The notes under the pieces are model-generated. The model was given only the letters and a program-made list of their open reading frames with translations. It made no database searches and was not told where the DNA came from. From assembly GCF_963921235.1 (NCBI RefSeq), contig NC_086108.1:56484001-56548000 (forward strand): a DNA stretch of 64,000 bases. The letters are read 5' to 3'. Positions within the stretch are counted from its first letter, which is position 1, and each line of letters begins with the position of its first letter. Source of the DNA: Mobula hypostoma (lineage: Eukaryota). This document shows, piece after piece, positions 41,328 through 55,066 of this stretch. The translations under genes were made by a program, and so were the position numbers.

Positions 41328-41829
41328 TCAACAAAACACAATGACCCAAACTGCACACAAAATCAAAATGACAATTTAATTTTAATATTTTAAAATACTC
41401 AATACTTAAAATAAAGATTTGCTCCATACTTAAAAAGTAGATTAGAAATTCAAGGAGTCACATATCCTTGTAAGGCATTATGGAGTTTGAATGGAAATTG
41501 CACATCTTGTTCTATGCACTTGGTCAAGAATTTAATTGTAGTAATGTCACATTTGTTAAAACTGTGAGGTGCAGGTGGTCAGTTACTTTTATTTTCCAGG
41601 AAGGTTGCCAACCTCTAATATTTGTGGCCAAAATATTATTTGCCAACTTTTAGTGAGCCTGTTCACCATTAACGGCTTCCCTTTTACTAGCACAGACTAC
41701 ATCTGAGAAACTGCAATTGGAATTAAATTCTTTACAAGCAACAATTTTCCAAATTTATCAGCCAGCAAGGTTTTGAAGAAGATGTAGAGGAATTCTTGCA
41801 GTGATGTCCTTAACTGAAAGAATTTCCTT

Positions 41830-42380
41830 CGATCAACAGGTTATACAAATTATTGGCTAGGCAGAGTATTGTGTACAGTTCTGGTCACAACTTTTAGCAA
41901 GGATGCAGTAGGAATAGTGTGCAGAAGAAATTCATCAAAATGTTGTTTGGAATGGAGCACTGTGGTTACCAAGAGAATGGATAGACTGGGTTCATTCTCA
42001 CTGGAATGTAGGAAGCTGAGGGGTGATCTTACAGAGGTTTATAAAAAATAAGGAGCATAGATAGGATTGATAGAATGTTTTTCCTGGGGCAGGGGTTTCA
42101 GAACTGGATGGTACTATTTTAAGTTGAGAGAAGAATAATTTAAAGAAAATCTGAGGGGCAAGCTTTTCCACATAAAAGCTGGTGGTTACCTGGAACAAGC
42201 TTTCAGAGGAGTGGTTGGAGTACATACAATCACGTTTTGGGCAGGTACTTGGATAAGAGAGAGAAGGACATGGTCCTAATGTGAGCAAATAGGAATAGTG
42301 TAGTTAGACATTTTGGTTAGCATTGGATGAAGTGGGCCAAAAGAACATTTTTCTGTGCACTACATATCTAGGACTCTAAG
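41830..42380 (+). mobile_element. CR1 3' fragment
   Basis: RLGSFSLECRKLRGDLTEVYK. Confidence 0.8.
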
Positions 42381-43185
42381 ATTAACTATAACTACCTTTT
42401 ATCACATCTGCTATGACTCCAATGGATTCTTCCCAACTCGGTCTTCTATTTCACTGCAGATTGTACTTGATAAAAATGGTACCTTGCGGTAAAGTGACTC
42501 GCTTCTGGAGGTCGGCTGTGATGAGACCTTGAACTAGTAATTCTTGCAGACCCAAACCATTATATACAATTCTCTCTCTTCATCTTATTTACAGGGTACA
42601 AGGGAACCACCAGTACAGACTTTAGAGTACACCCCTAATCATCTTGACAATTGGAGAAAAATCCCTTAGCACCCTGCTTTTAAACATGTAACCACACATT
42701 TAAGACTTTGAATGTTAGTACTTTTAAAATATTACACTTAAAAAAATGCTATTTAAAATAAAGAAAAATTAGCTCAAAGAAGCCAATTAATTTTATAGAG
42801 ACAAGTGTGACATTTTAAGCATCAAGGATAGGTTCAAATAAGTTAATGCAACATTGACTTTTAACTCAAGTGATCTGGGATACAACACAGGAGGATGCAT
42901 TTCAGTTGTACATGTGCTTAATCAGACTCCCCTCTGAATTAGTGTTCAGTGTTGGGCACAATGTGAGAGCGACTGTAGCACAGATTCACCAGAATGACAG
43001 AAGGACTGAAGTTTCAGTTATCACAACAGGCTGCTTCAAGGTGTAGCATTAGCCTGGAATGCAAAATGAGCCCATTTCCATTTCAGTTCACCAAATATGT
43101 CAAAAGGTGCTAAATTAAATCTACGTTTTCCAAAAGCTAGTAACATCGTGCTGATTTCCACTTTTAAACTCAACGGCTGTCCAAC

Positions 43186-43474
43186 AAGCAACACACAAAG
43201 TTGCTGGTGAACGCAACAGGCCAGGCAGCATCTCTAGGAAGAGGTACAGTCGACGATTCAGGCCGAGACCCTTCGTTAGGACTAACTGAAGGAAGAGTTA
43301 GTAAGAGATTTGGTCTCTTACTAACTCTTCCTTCAGTTAGTCCTGACGAAGGGTCTCGGCCTGAAACGTCGACTGTACCTCCTCCTAGAGATGCTGCCTG
43401 GCCTGCTGCGCTCACCAGCAACTTTGATGTGTGTTGCTTAAATTTCCAGCATCTGCAGAATTCCTGTTGTTTGC
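43186..43474. mobile_element. Penelope pseudo-LTR fold-back (arms 43186-43308 and 43314-43439)
   Basis: Near-perfect inverted repeat with a 5-nt loop; the arm sequence is nearly identical to the 3' end of the Penelope element at 63205-63325. Confidence 0.9.
43339..43374 (+). ncRNA. Minimal type I hammerhead ribozyme, intact core
   Basis: agtc CTGACGA agggtctcggcct GAAA cgtc gact: stem I, core, stem II and a palindromic mini stem III. Confidence 0.75.
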
Positions 43475-43916
43475 TCACCAACAACTTGCCCAAACAGAAA
43501 TATTTGACATGTTAGGTTAAACAATATGCTTTGGTATTGAATCTGATTATAAATAGCATAAAAGCTTGTTTGCCCCCTCATCCAATGCTAGCATATGTAC
43601 TTTTTAAAAAAAATAATCAGGATACTGCATAATTTTCAGGAGTATTCCAATTCTTTATTTATTGGCCTCATACCTCTGATTAAATGAATGCTGTTATTGG
43701 TACCTTATCTGGAAATGTTTTGAATAGTCTTAGAACCTGCACAGCCCATAGAGTATCACATCGAATGATGAAGAGGTTCACAAGCATTTACCCCTCTAAC
43801 AGAATTAACTGGAAATCACTCAGTGGGAGAAGAAATGGAGTGGAATCTACTGTTTGCTATACAATTATAAACCTGCCAATTTCTTTAGAGGAGTTTATGT
43901 ACATGATTACACTTAC

Positions 43917-43984
43917 CCCATTACACAGGACAGCAGATACTGTGACACAAACATTTCATTTGACCAGCCTTCAAAATTGACTGC
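43917..43984 (-). CDS. SLC35D1: SLC35D1 internal exon (68 nt)
   Basis: ag|AVNFEGWSNEMFVSQYLLSCVM(G)|gtaagt. Confidence 0.93.
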
Positions 43985-46039
43985 CTGGGAAATAAAACAA
44001 TTTCTTAAAGTGAAGTTTACAGGTGAAATATGTCTCAATTACTGCTTGATGAACCACATAATGTAATCGTACAAAATAATTTATTTAACTGACAAGACTA
44101 CGAGGTGCATCAGTGTAATGGTACACAGGAAGGAGGGATGATACCAAGAGCTATTCAAGAGCAACTCCAAAGCATCAAATCAAACATGGGCAAGGAATCC
44201 TTGTACCTATCCTTTACTGATGAATCAGTGTTCCTCCATATTGGGCAACAGAGAAGCACTGAAAGCAGCAAAAACATAGTAAGTACACACAAGGGGTGGG
44301 AGACTTTAATGGCAATCACCAAGGCTGGCTTAGCAGCACTAGCTCTGAGCTAGCCCTGAAGGACCTAGCTATTATACTAGGTCAGTGGTCAGTGCACTTA
44401 GTACTCAGGATACATTCCTGGAAACAGAAATGCTAACAGAATAAGGAGTCAATTTTATATGGCATGGTTTGGTTTTACTGTCATTTTTCTATTATAAACA
44501 ATTAATGCTTAGGATATTACAATATAATTCATTAAACACACAATGAAACTTAACACAACATACAATGTAAACTGACAAAACTAACTTATGAACACAGCAA
44601 CGGAGGTGGCCACGGAATGAAGAGACTATGGCTGAGTGGATAAGCCAGGTGATTACTCAACCTACTGGTGATAAAGAGCCAGATGTACCACTTCATTTTT
44701 GAAGACCAAATTAACTGTCCCTTCCTCTCATGCAGCAGACTTCTGTATACGGAGATGCTTTCTAACGTTCTCTTTACATCACTTGCTAACCTTTTTCCAG
44801 ATACCATTGTCTTCATATACTTGAATAGCCATCCTTTCAAAATAATACAAGCTGCAGCACATAAATCTTTGTTAAGACAATATATTACCATACTCTAATT
44901 GGCCGAGTTACAACTGCCAGATCAATGCAAGGAGATTATACCTTTGGGCATTTTGATCAACACTTTGTGGGTGAGTTAATGTAAATCTCTTAGATTCCAA
45001 ATATACGTAAGGCAACAAATGTTATCTCTTAAAACCCGCTTCAAAATTTAACACAGCTTCGTTAGTCATGTTACAAATAAAAGTACACAAAATCCTGATC
45101 CCTGATCCCTAGACACAAAAACTTTGGCTTCACTCCTCTTGCTCCCCTTCTGTCCCCCAAATTCCCACCACTCTTAACTGAGAATTTGTTACAGTACCTG
45201 CTAGGAACACACTCAAATAAACCACCCCTTGAGAGTAAAACAGAAGTTCTATTCTACACTAGTCTCCCCAGTACATTTTCCCGCTAAAAAAGGTACACAG
45301 TCATACCTTTCACACTCCAACTGGGCAGACACCATGTCTATATAATACATTCAACTATTCTATCGTGCCAAAATAGCCATAAGCTGAGGCCTCATACAAA
45401 TGACCTAGTGTGCATCTGCCAAACATTAACTCATTTGTATTAAGACAGTTTTTAGGCAGAAATACAATTTAAAATATTATCCAAGATAAATCATTTTATG
45501 AATCATCAACTATACTTCCTTGAAACAAAAGACAAACTTAAAGAGCAAATTCCATTCCCTCCAATTCAGAGGAGTTATTTGTGAAAGTTTCTTTACTTTT
45601 CCTTCTCCTAGAACTCTTCATGATTCACAAAAAGTAAAATAAAATTCCTAAAAAGGTCCATACTGCTTCACAATACAGCAATTTTATTCGCAATATCCCA
45701 GGATCTAAATCTGAAACATCCAATATCCTAGTTCTATATGGGGTACCACATCAAAGGATATATTTGAAAAATAAAGTTCATAATATTAGAGACAACATTG
45801 AAATAGACAAGAAAGTTGAATAGTTAATTCAACACCGAGAATGGTCAAAAATTGGTCATCATCTGATTCTAAGATGTACTGAGTGGTGTATCATATGAAC
45901 TAAAGCTGCAAATTCAACAACAATTTATACAATGTGTGCTGGAATTATAACATAAATGTGTGAGGGAACGCAACTACAAATAGAAATTAGGTAGAAAGGT
46001 ATATGGAGTATATGGGCCAAATGAGTGGACAATGATTCT

Positions 46040-46180
46040 TACTGCTGGTTGTACGTTCTCCACGGGTGTTGTGGTTTCCTTCCACATTCCCAAGATGTAC
46101 GGGTTTGTAGGTTAACTGGTCACATAAGTATAACTGGGCCAGAAGGGACTGTTACTGTACTGTATCTCTAAATAAATAAA
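46040..46180 (+). mobile_element. V-SINE (HE1-like) remnant
   Basis: gtacgttctcc...ggtttccttccacattcccaagatgtacggg...; CR1-like 3' end and (taaa)n tail. Confidence 0.65.
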
Positions 46181-48029
46181 AATAAAATCTGGGAAAGAGT
46201 GAAATGCAGGAAAATATGGAAGTGTCAACTTTAGCATGAAACAAAGTGTTATTCAAATGAAAGACTACAGAGTTGCAAGATGCAGAGAAATGCAGTTGTC
46301 CTAATTTATGATTTGTAAAGTGCTAGTATCCCAGAACAATCAGTAATTTAGAGAAAAATGATATTGTTTGCTCCAAGTAGAAATGAATCCCAAAGGAGAG
46401 ATTAACCTCCAGTTTTACAGGGAATTGATGAGACCTCTCTTTTACTACCCTGTCATCTGGAATGTTGTATGTAGTATCACTCTCCTCATTTAAGGATAAA
46501 TCTTGGTACGTTTGTAAGCATTTCTGAGAGGATTTACTTAATATGCAAGAGTATCTATTGGAATTTAGTAAACCGAGATAATGATGAATATAAAAAGACC
46601 TCGCGGGATCTTGACAGAAAAGTTTCCTCTTGTGACAAAACCTGCAACAGCAGTCGGGTGGGTGGGGGGGGAGGGGATTGTTTAACAAAGATTCAATTTG
46701 AAGGCAGATATCAGGAAGTAGCTCCAAATATTCATGACCTTTTCAGTAAAGCACTCTTTCTCAAAGTGTGAGAAGCATTCTGAAGTAAAAGGTAGCTAGT
46801 TACCTGTTAAGTGGGGCTGGATGGCGGTGGTGTCCGAAAATTATGTGGATAGGTGGGAATATGGGAATATAGAACTGACATAATAATCAAAGCAGCTAAC
46901 GGTCGTTATTACTAGGTTTGATGGCTTAATTTAGGCCCAACCATTTCTAATTAATTTTCAGTTAATATATTCTCAAAGGAAATAAAGTTAGATTCAGCTT
47001 ATGTGCTCCTTCAATTGCAAAGCAACAACAATTACCAAAGTCACCTTGCTCCTTCAAATAGTAATGTTAAAAGTTTACACAGAAGTATATTAGTATAACC
47101 TTAACATCAGGCACTTACTGCCATACTTTCACAAGACTGGCACTAAATTAGTTATACCAGGAATAGCATTAACATTTTAAAACCCCAAAATACAATTTAA
47201 TCATGGATAATGTACAATCCACTCTAAACTCAAAATTTATTGCAATCACTTTGTTTTTATAACAAGAACACCTCCCACAGAAAGACCAATGTCATGGCCT
47301 ATCTAAATATAGCAATGCCACAGCAAGTTTACTGCACTACCTTCAAAATGTTTGCTGAGGACTTCTAGGGGGAAAAAACATCCAACAAACCCAGGGACTC
47401 CATTTTTCAAGAATACCAATTAGACAAGTAGAGATTAATTCAGAAAAAAGTGACACAAGTAACATTCAAGTTCATGCAATTATAAAACAGCTTAAAAGTA
47501 ACAGAACTTCCTAAAACAATTCAGAATATCAAAATTTTGATACCATCCTACACGGTGCAGATGGTTAAAAGCTTGGTAGAGTAAAAATTTTAGGAAATGC
47601 AGTGAGGGGAGAAGAATTCTAGAAGTTTGGAGTTCAGACCTCTCTATCAATGGTGAATCAATACAATTCAGAGAAATTCGCATGCTTAAAATTGGTGCTG
47701 TGCTAAGTATTGTAGGACAGGAGACTATTAGAGGAGTTGGGATTAGGGATTGATAGCTGTGGAAGCATGGAGTAAATCTTTTTAAAAGCACGTAGTTGGA
47801 GAAACTGGGAAAATAGATGGCGTCCTTGCAGGAGGTAGGGTAGGAGGTACAGCTAAGAAAGCTACAAGATCCAGTGCACTTGTAATTGGTTGCTAATCTG
47901 TCTCCTAACAGAGGTCAAGAAAAGGAAGGAGTCAGGTATGGGCCACATGAAAACGACAGCAAATGGGCAGCAAAAGTACTTATCCAAACTTCATTAAATG
48001 TTGAAATCAAACCCACATTCACCGCTTCT

Positions 48030-50820
48030 AGCTCATTCCACACACCCACCATCCTGAGTGAAGTTGTTCCCCTTCACGATCCCCTTAAAAATGCCACCTT
48101 TCACCATTAACCCAGACCTCTAGTTCATGTCTCACCCAACCTCAGTGGAAAAAGCCTGCTTGCATTTACCCTATCTATACCCTTCATAATTTTGTATTTT
48201 TCTACCAAAACTCCCCTCATTCTCCTATGCTCCAGGGTTTAAAGTCTTAACCTTTCCCAGTAACTGAGATCCAAGTCCTGGCAACATCCTTGTAAATTTT
48301 CTCAGAACTCTTTCAATCATATTGGCATCTTTAATAGGGAGAAAGTAAATCTGACTTAGCAGTATTTCAGTGAAGTAAAGGAAATTACAGTGGTATGAGC
48401 AAGGAGCTGGCCAAAGTAAATTGGAAGGAGGTGTTGGCAGGGATGACAGCAGCACAGCAATGGTGTGAGTTTCTGGGAAAAATTAGGAAGGTGCTAGATA
48501 GATGTATTCCAAAAGCAAAGAAATACTCAAATGGCAAAACAGTACAACCGTGGCTGACAAGGGAAGTCAAAGCTAATGGAAAAGCAAAAAGAGAGGGCAT
48601 ACAAAGCAAAAATTAGTGGGACGACAGAGAATTGGGAAGCTTATAAAACCCTACAGAGAGCAAATAAAAGAATCATTAGGATGAAAAAGATGAAATATGA
48701 AAGCAAGCTAGCAAACAATATCAAAGTGGATAGTAAAAGCTTTTTCAAGTGTGTAAGAAATAAAAGAGAGGAGACTGGATATAGGACCACCAGAAAATGA
48801 GGCCAGAGAAACAATAACGGAGGACAAGGAGATGGCAGATGAACTAATTAAGTTGCATCAGTTGGTTTCACTACGAAAGACATTAGCAGTGTGCCAGTTG
48901 TTGAAGACTGAGGGAAGAAAAGTGGGTACAGTTACTATTACAAGGGAGAAGGTGCTCAAAAAACTGTAAGACCCAAGGGTACACAAGTCACCTGGACCTA
49001 ATGAACTGTAGCTTAGGGTTCTGAAAAAGGTAGCAGTAGAGATTGTGAAGGCATTAGTAATGATCTTCCAAAATCACTGAACTCTGGCATGGTGTCAGAG
49101 GACCGGAAAATTGTAAATGTCACTCCACTTTAAGAAAGGAGGAAGGCAGCAGAAAGGAAATTACAGACCAGTTAGCCTGACCTCAGTGGTTGAGAAGATG
49201 TTGCAGTCAATTGTTAAGGATGAGGTTATGGAGTACTTGGTGACACAGGATAGGATAGTACAAAGTCAGCATGGTTTCCTCAAGGGAAAATTTTGACAAA
49301 CCTGTTGGAATTCTTTGAGGAGATTACACATAGGATAGATAAAGGGGATGCAGTGGATTTTGTATACTTGGACTTTCAGGAGGCCTTTGACAAGGTGCCA
49401 CACAAAGCTGCTTACCAAGTTAAGAGCCCATGGTATTACAGGAAAGTTACTGACATGGTTAGAGCATTGGCTGATTGTTTGGAGACAGCAAGTGGAAATA
49501 AAAGGATCCTTTTCTGGTTGGCGGCCAGTGACCAGTGGTGTTTCGCAGGGGTCGGTGTCGGGACCATTCTTTTTAATCAATGATTTAGATGACGGAATTG
49601 ATGGCTTTGTTGCCAAGTTTACAGATGATACGAAGATTGGTGGAGGGGCAGATAGTGTTGAGGAAACAGGAAGGCTGCAGGAGGACTGAGATTAGGAGAA
49701 TGGGCAAGAGAGTGGCAAATGAAATACAACGTTGGAAAATGCATGGTCATGCTCTTTGGTAGAAGTAATTATGCAGACTATTTCCTAAACAGGGAGAAAA
49801 GTCCAAAAATCTGAGATGCAAAGGGACTTGGGAGTCCTTATGCAGAACACTCTAAAGGTTAACTTGCAGGTAGAGTCAGTGGTAAGGAAGGCAAATATAA
49901 TGTTAGCATTCATTTCAAGAGGTCCAGAATCCAAGAGTAAGGATGTGGTGCTGAGGGCTTATAAGACACTACTGAGGCTTCACCTCGACTACTGTGAACA
50001 GATTTGGGCTCCTCATCTAAGAAAAGATGCACTGGCATTGGACAGGGTCCAGAGGAGGTTCACAAGGATGATTCCGGCAATGAAAGGGTTATCATACAAG
50101 GAACCTTTGATAGCTCTGGGTCTGTACTCACTGGAATTTAGAAGGATGGGGGGTGGGGGTGGAATCTCATTGAAACCTTTCAAATGTTGAAAGGCCTAAA
50201 CAGAGTAAATGTGAAAACGATGTTTCCCATGGTGGGAGAGTCTAGGACATGAGGGCACAGCCTCAAGATAGAGTGGCATCCATTTAAATCAGAGATGCAG
50301 AGAAGTTTCTTTAGCCAGAGGGTGGTGAATTTGTGAAACTTATTACCACAGGCAATTGTGGAGGCCAGGTGGTTGGATGTATTTAAGGCAGAGCTTGATA
50401 GGTTCTTGATTGGATATGGCATCAAAAGTTACAGGCAGAAAGCCAGGGAGTGGGGCTGAGGAGGGGAAAAAAGGATCAGCCATGTGAGAAGGCGGAACAA
50501 ACTTGATGGGCTAATTCTGCTCCTATGTCTTATGGTGTTTCCTGTAGGTAGGTGACCGAAACTGCACACAATGCTCCAAATTAGGCTTCACCAACATGTA
50601 TTTAACTTCAACACCCCAAGTTCAGCACTCAATACTTTATGAAGGCCAATGTGCCTTAAGTTCTCTACATGACGCTATCTGTAACGCCACTTTCAAGGAA
50701 TTATGGATCTGTATTCCCAGATTTCTCTGTCTCAGTACCTTACCACTCACCATACAAGTCTTGCTTTGGTTTGTCCTCCCAGAATGTAACACCTCACTCT
50801 TCTCTGCATTAATTTCCATA
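48030..50820 (+). mobile_element. CR1 LINE (+, 48330-50535) flanked by pieces of a minus-strand CR1
   Basis: PWLTREVK, TNLLEFFEE, KFTDDTKIGG and QRDLGV motifs; the minus-strand CR1 pieces at 48030-48330 and 50540-50820 appear collinear. Confidence 0.85.
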
Positions 50821-51639
50821 TGCCTGTTCTATTCAGTTTCCTGAATAGGACTTAAACGAGAACAGTTCCAAGTATCCCACAAAATGACAGGCATAACTCT
50901 GCAAACAAAAGGGGGTCAGAGGGGGCTATGAAGCCCTGGCACAGATGACAGAAAGGGGAAGGGGCTTGGTAGTGTCAAGAGAGAGGGGAGGGTGGGAGTG
51001 TTCAGTGAAGGTGGGGTAAGAGGAAGATGGAGTCTCTGATGACCCAAAAGCAGGCGGTGGGACTTGAGAAACACAATGGAGATGTTTGACGGAAGCACGA
51101 ATTTAGCCAGGTGAAGGAGGGTGCTGGTGTAGGGGAGACTACCTGTACTTTGTAAGCACGGGGGGGTTTCAATGATTGTCAAGCTGGGTGACATTAACAC
51201 ACTGGAAAGGGATGACATCGACAACAGCAGCAGTAAGCAGTTAACAAATGTCAATTAACTCGAGTACTAGGAAAACAAATTTAAAAGACAGCTATTTAAT
51301 GAAAACAGGGAGAACAAGAGGTGCATTTCATAAAACAAACTTGCAGAAGGGATCAGTGTGGGAATATCTGGAGATGATTCAAGTCAAGTTTGGGGTTAGG
51401 GGTTGGTGGGAGGGTGAACATCCGAGTTTGACTTTGTGCCATGGGAAAAGTAGTGAAGCAGCGAAGCAGCTGGCCATATGGTTTTAATCCTTACAATTAA
51501 GATTTTTAAGATAGCTTTGTGTCGAAATATACAGTGAAAATGTGTTCTTTGTTTCAATGACCAACAGTCTGAACGTGTGCTGGGCTTAGTCCACAAGTGT
51601 CACCATGCTTCCAGCACCAGGGTAGCATACCCACAACTT

Positions 51640-51810
51640 ACTAACCCTAACCCATACATCTCAGGAATGTGGGAGAAAACCGGAGCACCTGGAATAAACA
51701 CACGTGATCATGGGGAAAACATACAAACTCCTTGTAAACTGCAGAGTAAATGAACCTGGGCAGCTGGCACTGTAAAAGTTGCACTAACTGCAATGTTAGC
51801 ATGCCATCTA
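51640..51810 (-). mobile_element. V-SINE remnant
   Basis: gaatgtgggagaaaaccggagcacctgga...acatacaaactcc. Confidence 0.7.
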
Positions 51811-52910
51811 ATCAATCCCTTGTGACCAAAAACTTTAATTTTGTTACACTAGCTGGAGGAAAGGATTGAAAATAGTGAGAAAAATAAAACTGTTTGTAAT
51901 ACAGGAAAGAAGCTAAGCATTATAGACTGATCCTGTAATATTGAACAACATTTGGTAAACAATGCTAATGTTCATTAATGCTTTTCAATGTCCTACAAGA
52001 TCTGCAGGAAAATCCTGTTTTGAGTTTGGTTTCTCTATAGCAGGAAGAAATCTACATCCATGTTGAGCTGCTTCAGTAGAAACATTTGAAAGCTAGACCC
52101 AACCATGTGATCATTTAAAAATATACCAACATTAGTAACATAGTATGCTAATTTAGATCCAAGCTGTTATGGCTCAGAAGCTGTACTGTCCATCTTACAT
52201 TAGGATGGGGTGATGATCCAGGATTTGTATTGAGTAAGGTGATTTATGTCCAGAGATATTCTTGGTCACTTACAGCTCATTCTAATGGTTTATTTTCATC
52301 TTCCACTGCTATCAGCTAACAAGTTGTATATTTATGGACCGAGACGTCTCATTTGGTCATTGGATAATTGACTAACAGCACTTTTTCATTTTGGACAATT
52401 TATAATATTAAGCACCTTTTGCTCATTCGGACAACATTTTTTAAAATGCTAGACATCATACTTTTGGGTCACATCCCAACCTGTAAACTATAATGGCTTG
52501 CTTCCAATAATGAGTCATTGCACTCAGCACAAGCAATGTGTCTATTGAGACCTTAAATTCTACCAAATAGTACTCAGAAGCACACAATATAGCGTTTAGG
52601 TGTCCTTGATGGGTACACTATTAATAGCAGTATCAGGTATTTTTGTGCAATGATGAGTTTTACAACAAGGTGCATAATTTTAAGTATTTGCCCTCATTTA
52701 TATGTATTTGCCCTGGGAACCACAACACAGCGATGTGGCTAGCTAGGGTGGAAAGTGGGTTAAAGAGGAAGAATGCACAGGAGGTGGGGACTAGACTAAA
52801 GGGAATCAATGTCTATTTTGACATGTGCAGAAGAAATATAACAAGACTTGATGAGAAATTAAACAGTAACATTCTGTAAAATGACATAAATAATGCAATA
52901 AAAGGCTTAC

Positions 52911-53003
52911 CTTCTGCAGATCTCCCGTAACATATGCAATGACCACAGAAGGCAAAATCATAAAGAGGGCATTGTAATAAAGTAGTCCATATTTTCCCAG
53001 CTC
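52911..53003 (-). CDS. SLC35D1: SLC35D1 internal exon (93 nt); upstream exons apparently lie beyond the window
   Basis: ag|[31 protein letters not shown]|gtaag; all five exons join in one frame. Confidence 0.95.
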
Positions 53004-54329
53004 CTACAAAGGAATGATACATCAGTAAGAATAAACAGTTCTGGTGGTCTAGAAGGAATGTGGAACGGAAATAAATCCTTCAGCCCATCATATCCACACT
53101 GACCATGATGCCAATAACTAATCACATCTGCCTACACACAATCTACCACACTATTCCCTGCTTGTTCATGTGTTTAAATGCGTCAATAATGTTGTCATCA
53201 TATCTGCTTCTACCACCTTCCCTGTAAAACCATTATTTCACTGCTCCTTTATTCAAGGACAAGGACAAACCAGGAAATTAAAACTTTAATTAGTATTAAG
53301 AAAACAGAAGACTCTTAGGGCCAGGATTTACTCAGATTCGGAAAAGCACAAACACATCACAGATAGTTGGCATGGCTTTACATTGCAGACATTGTGTCTC
53401 ACAAATCTGTTTTTTTTTGAGGTGATGACGAAGATGATTGATGGGGGGTAGAGCAGTGGATATTGCCTAAAGCATTTGGCAAGGTGCTCATGGTGGTCTG
53501 GTCCAGAAAATTAAGTCACATGGTATCTACAATGAAATGGTAAATAGAAAATTATCTTGGTCCTAATGTGAGGGTTGTGGTGACACAAGGGTGTTCAGGT
53601 GTGTAGTCAAATCTTGACAAGGGAGATCTTTGAATTAAGACTGCCAGTGCCACTCCCACTTACTACAGAAGAGAAAAGTGATTCAAGGCACACACACCAA
53701 CTAAGGGACAATAGCTTCTCAAACTTCAAAGTATCATTGGTTATCAGCTTATAGGTTCTATTGATTTTTAACACCTCTATTGTGAATGGTGACTGTTCTT
53801 GCGAATAAGGAACTAAACATACAGTTTACCACATAGTCAATATCTGTAACTGCTTGCCAATTCTGCACAAAATAGAACAGTGCAGTGACAGGGACCACGC
53901 TGCTCTCCGTGTGCACAAGCAAAATAAAGGTTAAGTCCTAAATGCACATATTCTGATTCCAGTTACTTATTATTGGTGATGACAAATATTTTGAGGTTCC
54001 ATTGAGGTGGCTAAACCTTGGTTTTGTTCTATGACAGAAAGGAATTCAGCCCTAGCAGCTGATCAGTCCCAAATCCAAGGCTGCTGATATGTGAGAAAGG
54101 GAGAGAGTCTGCTGTTGGAATGCACATTTCCCTCGGTGAGGAGTAGTTAAAGTACACTAACACCTTAGTCGCCAACACAGGAAAGCTGCAGTCTTTACAA
54201 AGAAAAAAATAATGGGGTGCCCTGGTTGGGACCTGATCAGAGTTGCCCTGGTCCAGGTCGGGTCCTGCAGGAAGCATAGGAAAACATTACCCTGGTCTAG
54301 GTCACATTCTGTGTTCTCCCCTAGCACAT

Positions 54330-54590
54330 ATTAATCCACCAAACTATCTTCTTCTGTATTTGTTCCCATTCCCTCCCGACCTTTAGTTCTATCAGACCAT
54401 CATCCCTTCTCTATCTGGCTCCCCCTATCACCCACCCAACAGCTAATTATTGGCAAAATCTTTGCTCTTCCCTTCGGTCTTGATGCAGGGTTAAACCCAA
54501 AACATTCGACACCATTTGCCTCCATAGATGCTGCTAAACCCATCAAAAATCTTCCAGCAATTTTTTGTTCCAGTTTCCATCATCTGCATT
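54330..54590 (+). mobile_element. Old Penelope pseudo-LTR remnant with a decayed hammerhead
   Basis: CT-rich tract followed by ggtc ttgatgc aggg...ccc aaaa cattc gac...tccatagatgctgct...ccatcatctgca. Confidence 0.6.
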
Positions 54591-55066
54591 CTCTTTTGCC
54601 TTTAAGCAGGATAATTTCAAACCAGAAAGCCATCTTTCAGTTTACTTGCAATTGCTAAAACAATGGAAAGTTTCACTGAGTGATGTCAAGCAGTATTTAT
54701 TCCTCAAGATCCAGCTCACTGATTATTCATTTGGCATTCTGCCAGGATCACTCAATTCTATTTCTTGGACCCTGATCCAAACATACAACAAAAAGCTGAA
54801 TTCCAGCTCTGGCAAGAGTGCCACCTTTCCTTGTTCTCTCTAATTTACTTATTTTAAAATTGCTGTGCGGACCAGCCATTGCACTGAGCAGTAATTTGTT
54901 ACATGGCCTGAAAGCTGCAGTCCTTTAAATGTTTTTCTTTGTAATAAGCATACTATGAATATTAAGAGTGAAAATGAAAAACCACTCCTCACTTTATTTA
55001 ATAATTGAACTGTATAATGAAATTCAATTTATTGTTACAATTTGTAACAGTGTTGTAACTTGAAAT

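Noticed and set aside
42510..42600. TGATGA box C-like motif (possible snoRNA)
   Set aside because: Antisense to the host intron, with no convincing box D or terminal stem
43170..43515. Mirror-image ORFs MLVNA(T/A)GQAASLG... (also at 63047-63476)
   Set aside because: Artefacts of the Penelope pseudo-LTR and its inverted repeat, not genes
44586..44898. Overlapping ~100-aa ORFs in an intron
   Set aside because: No recognisable domain or splice context
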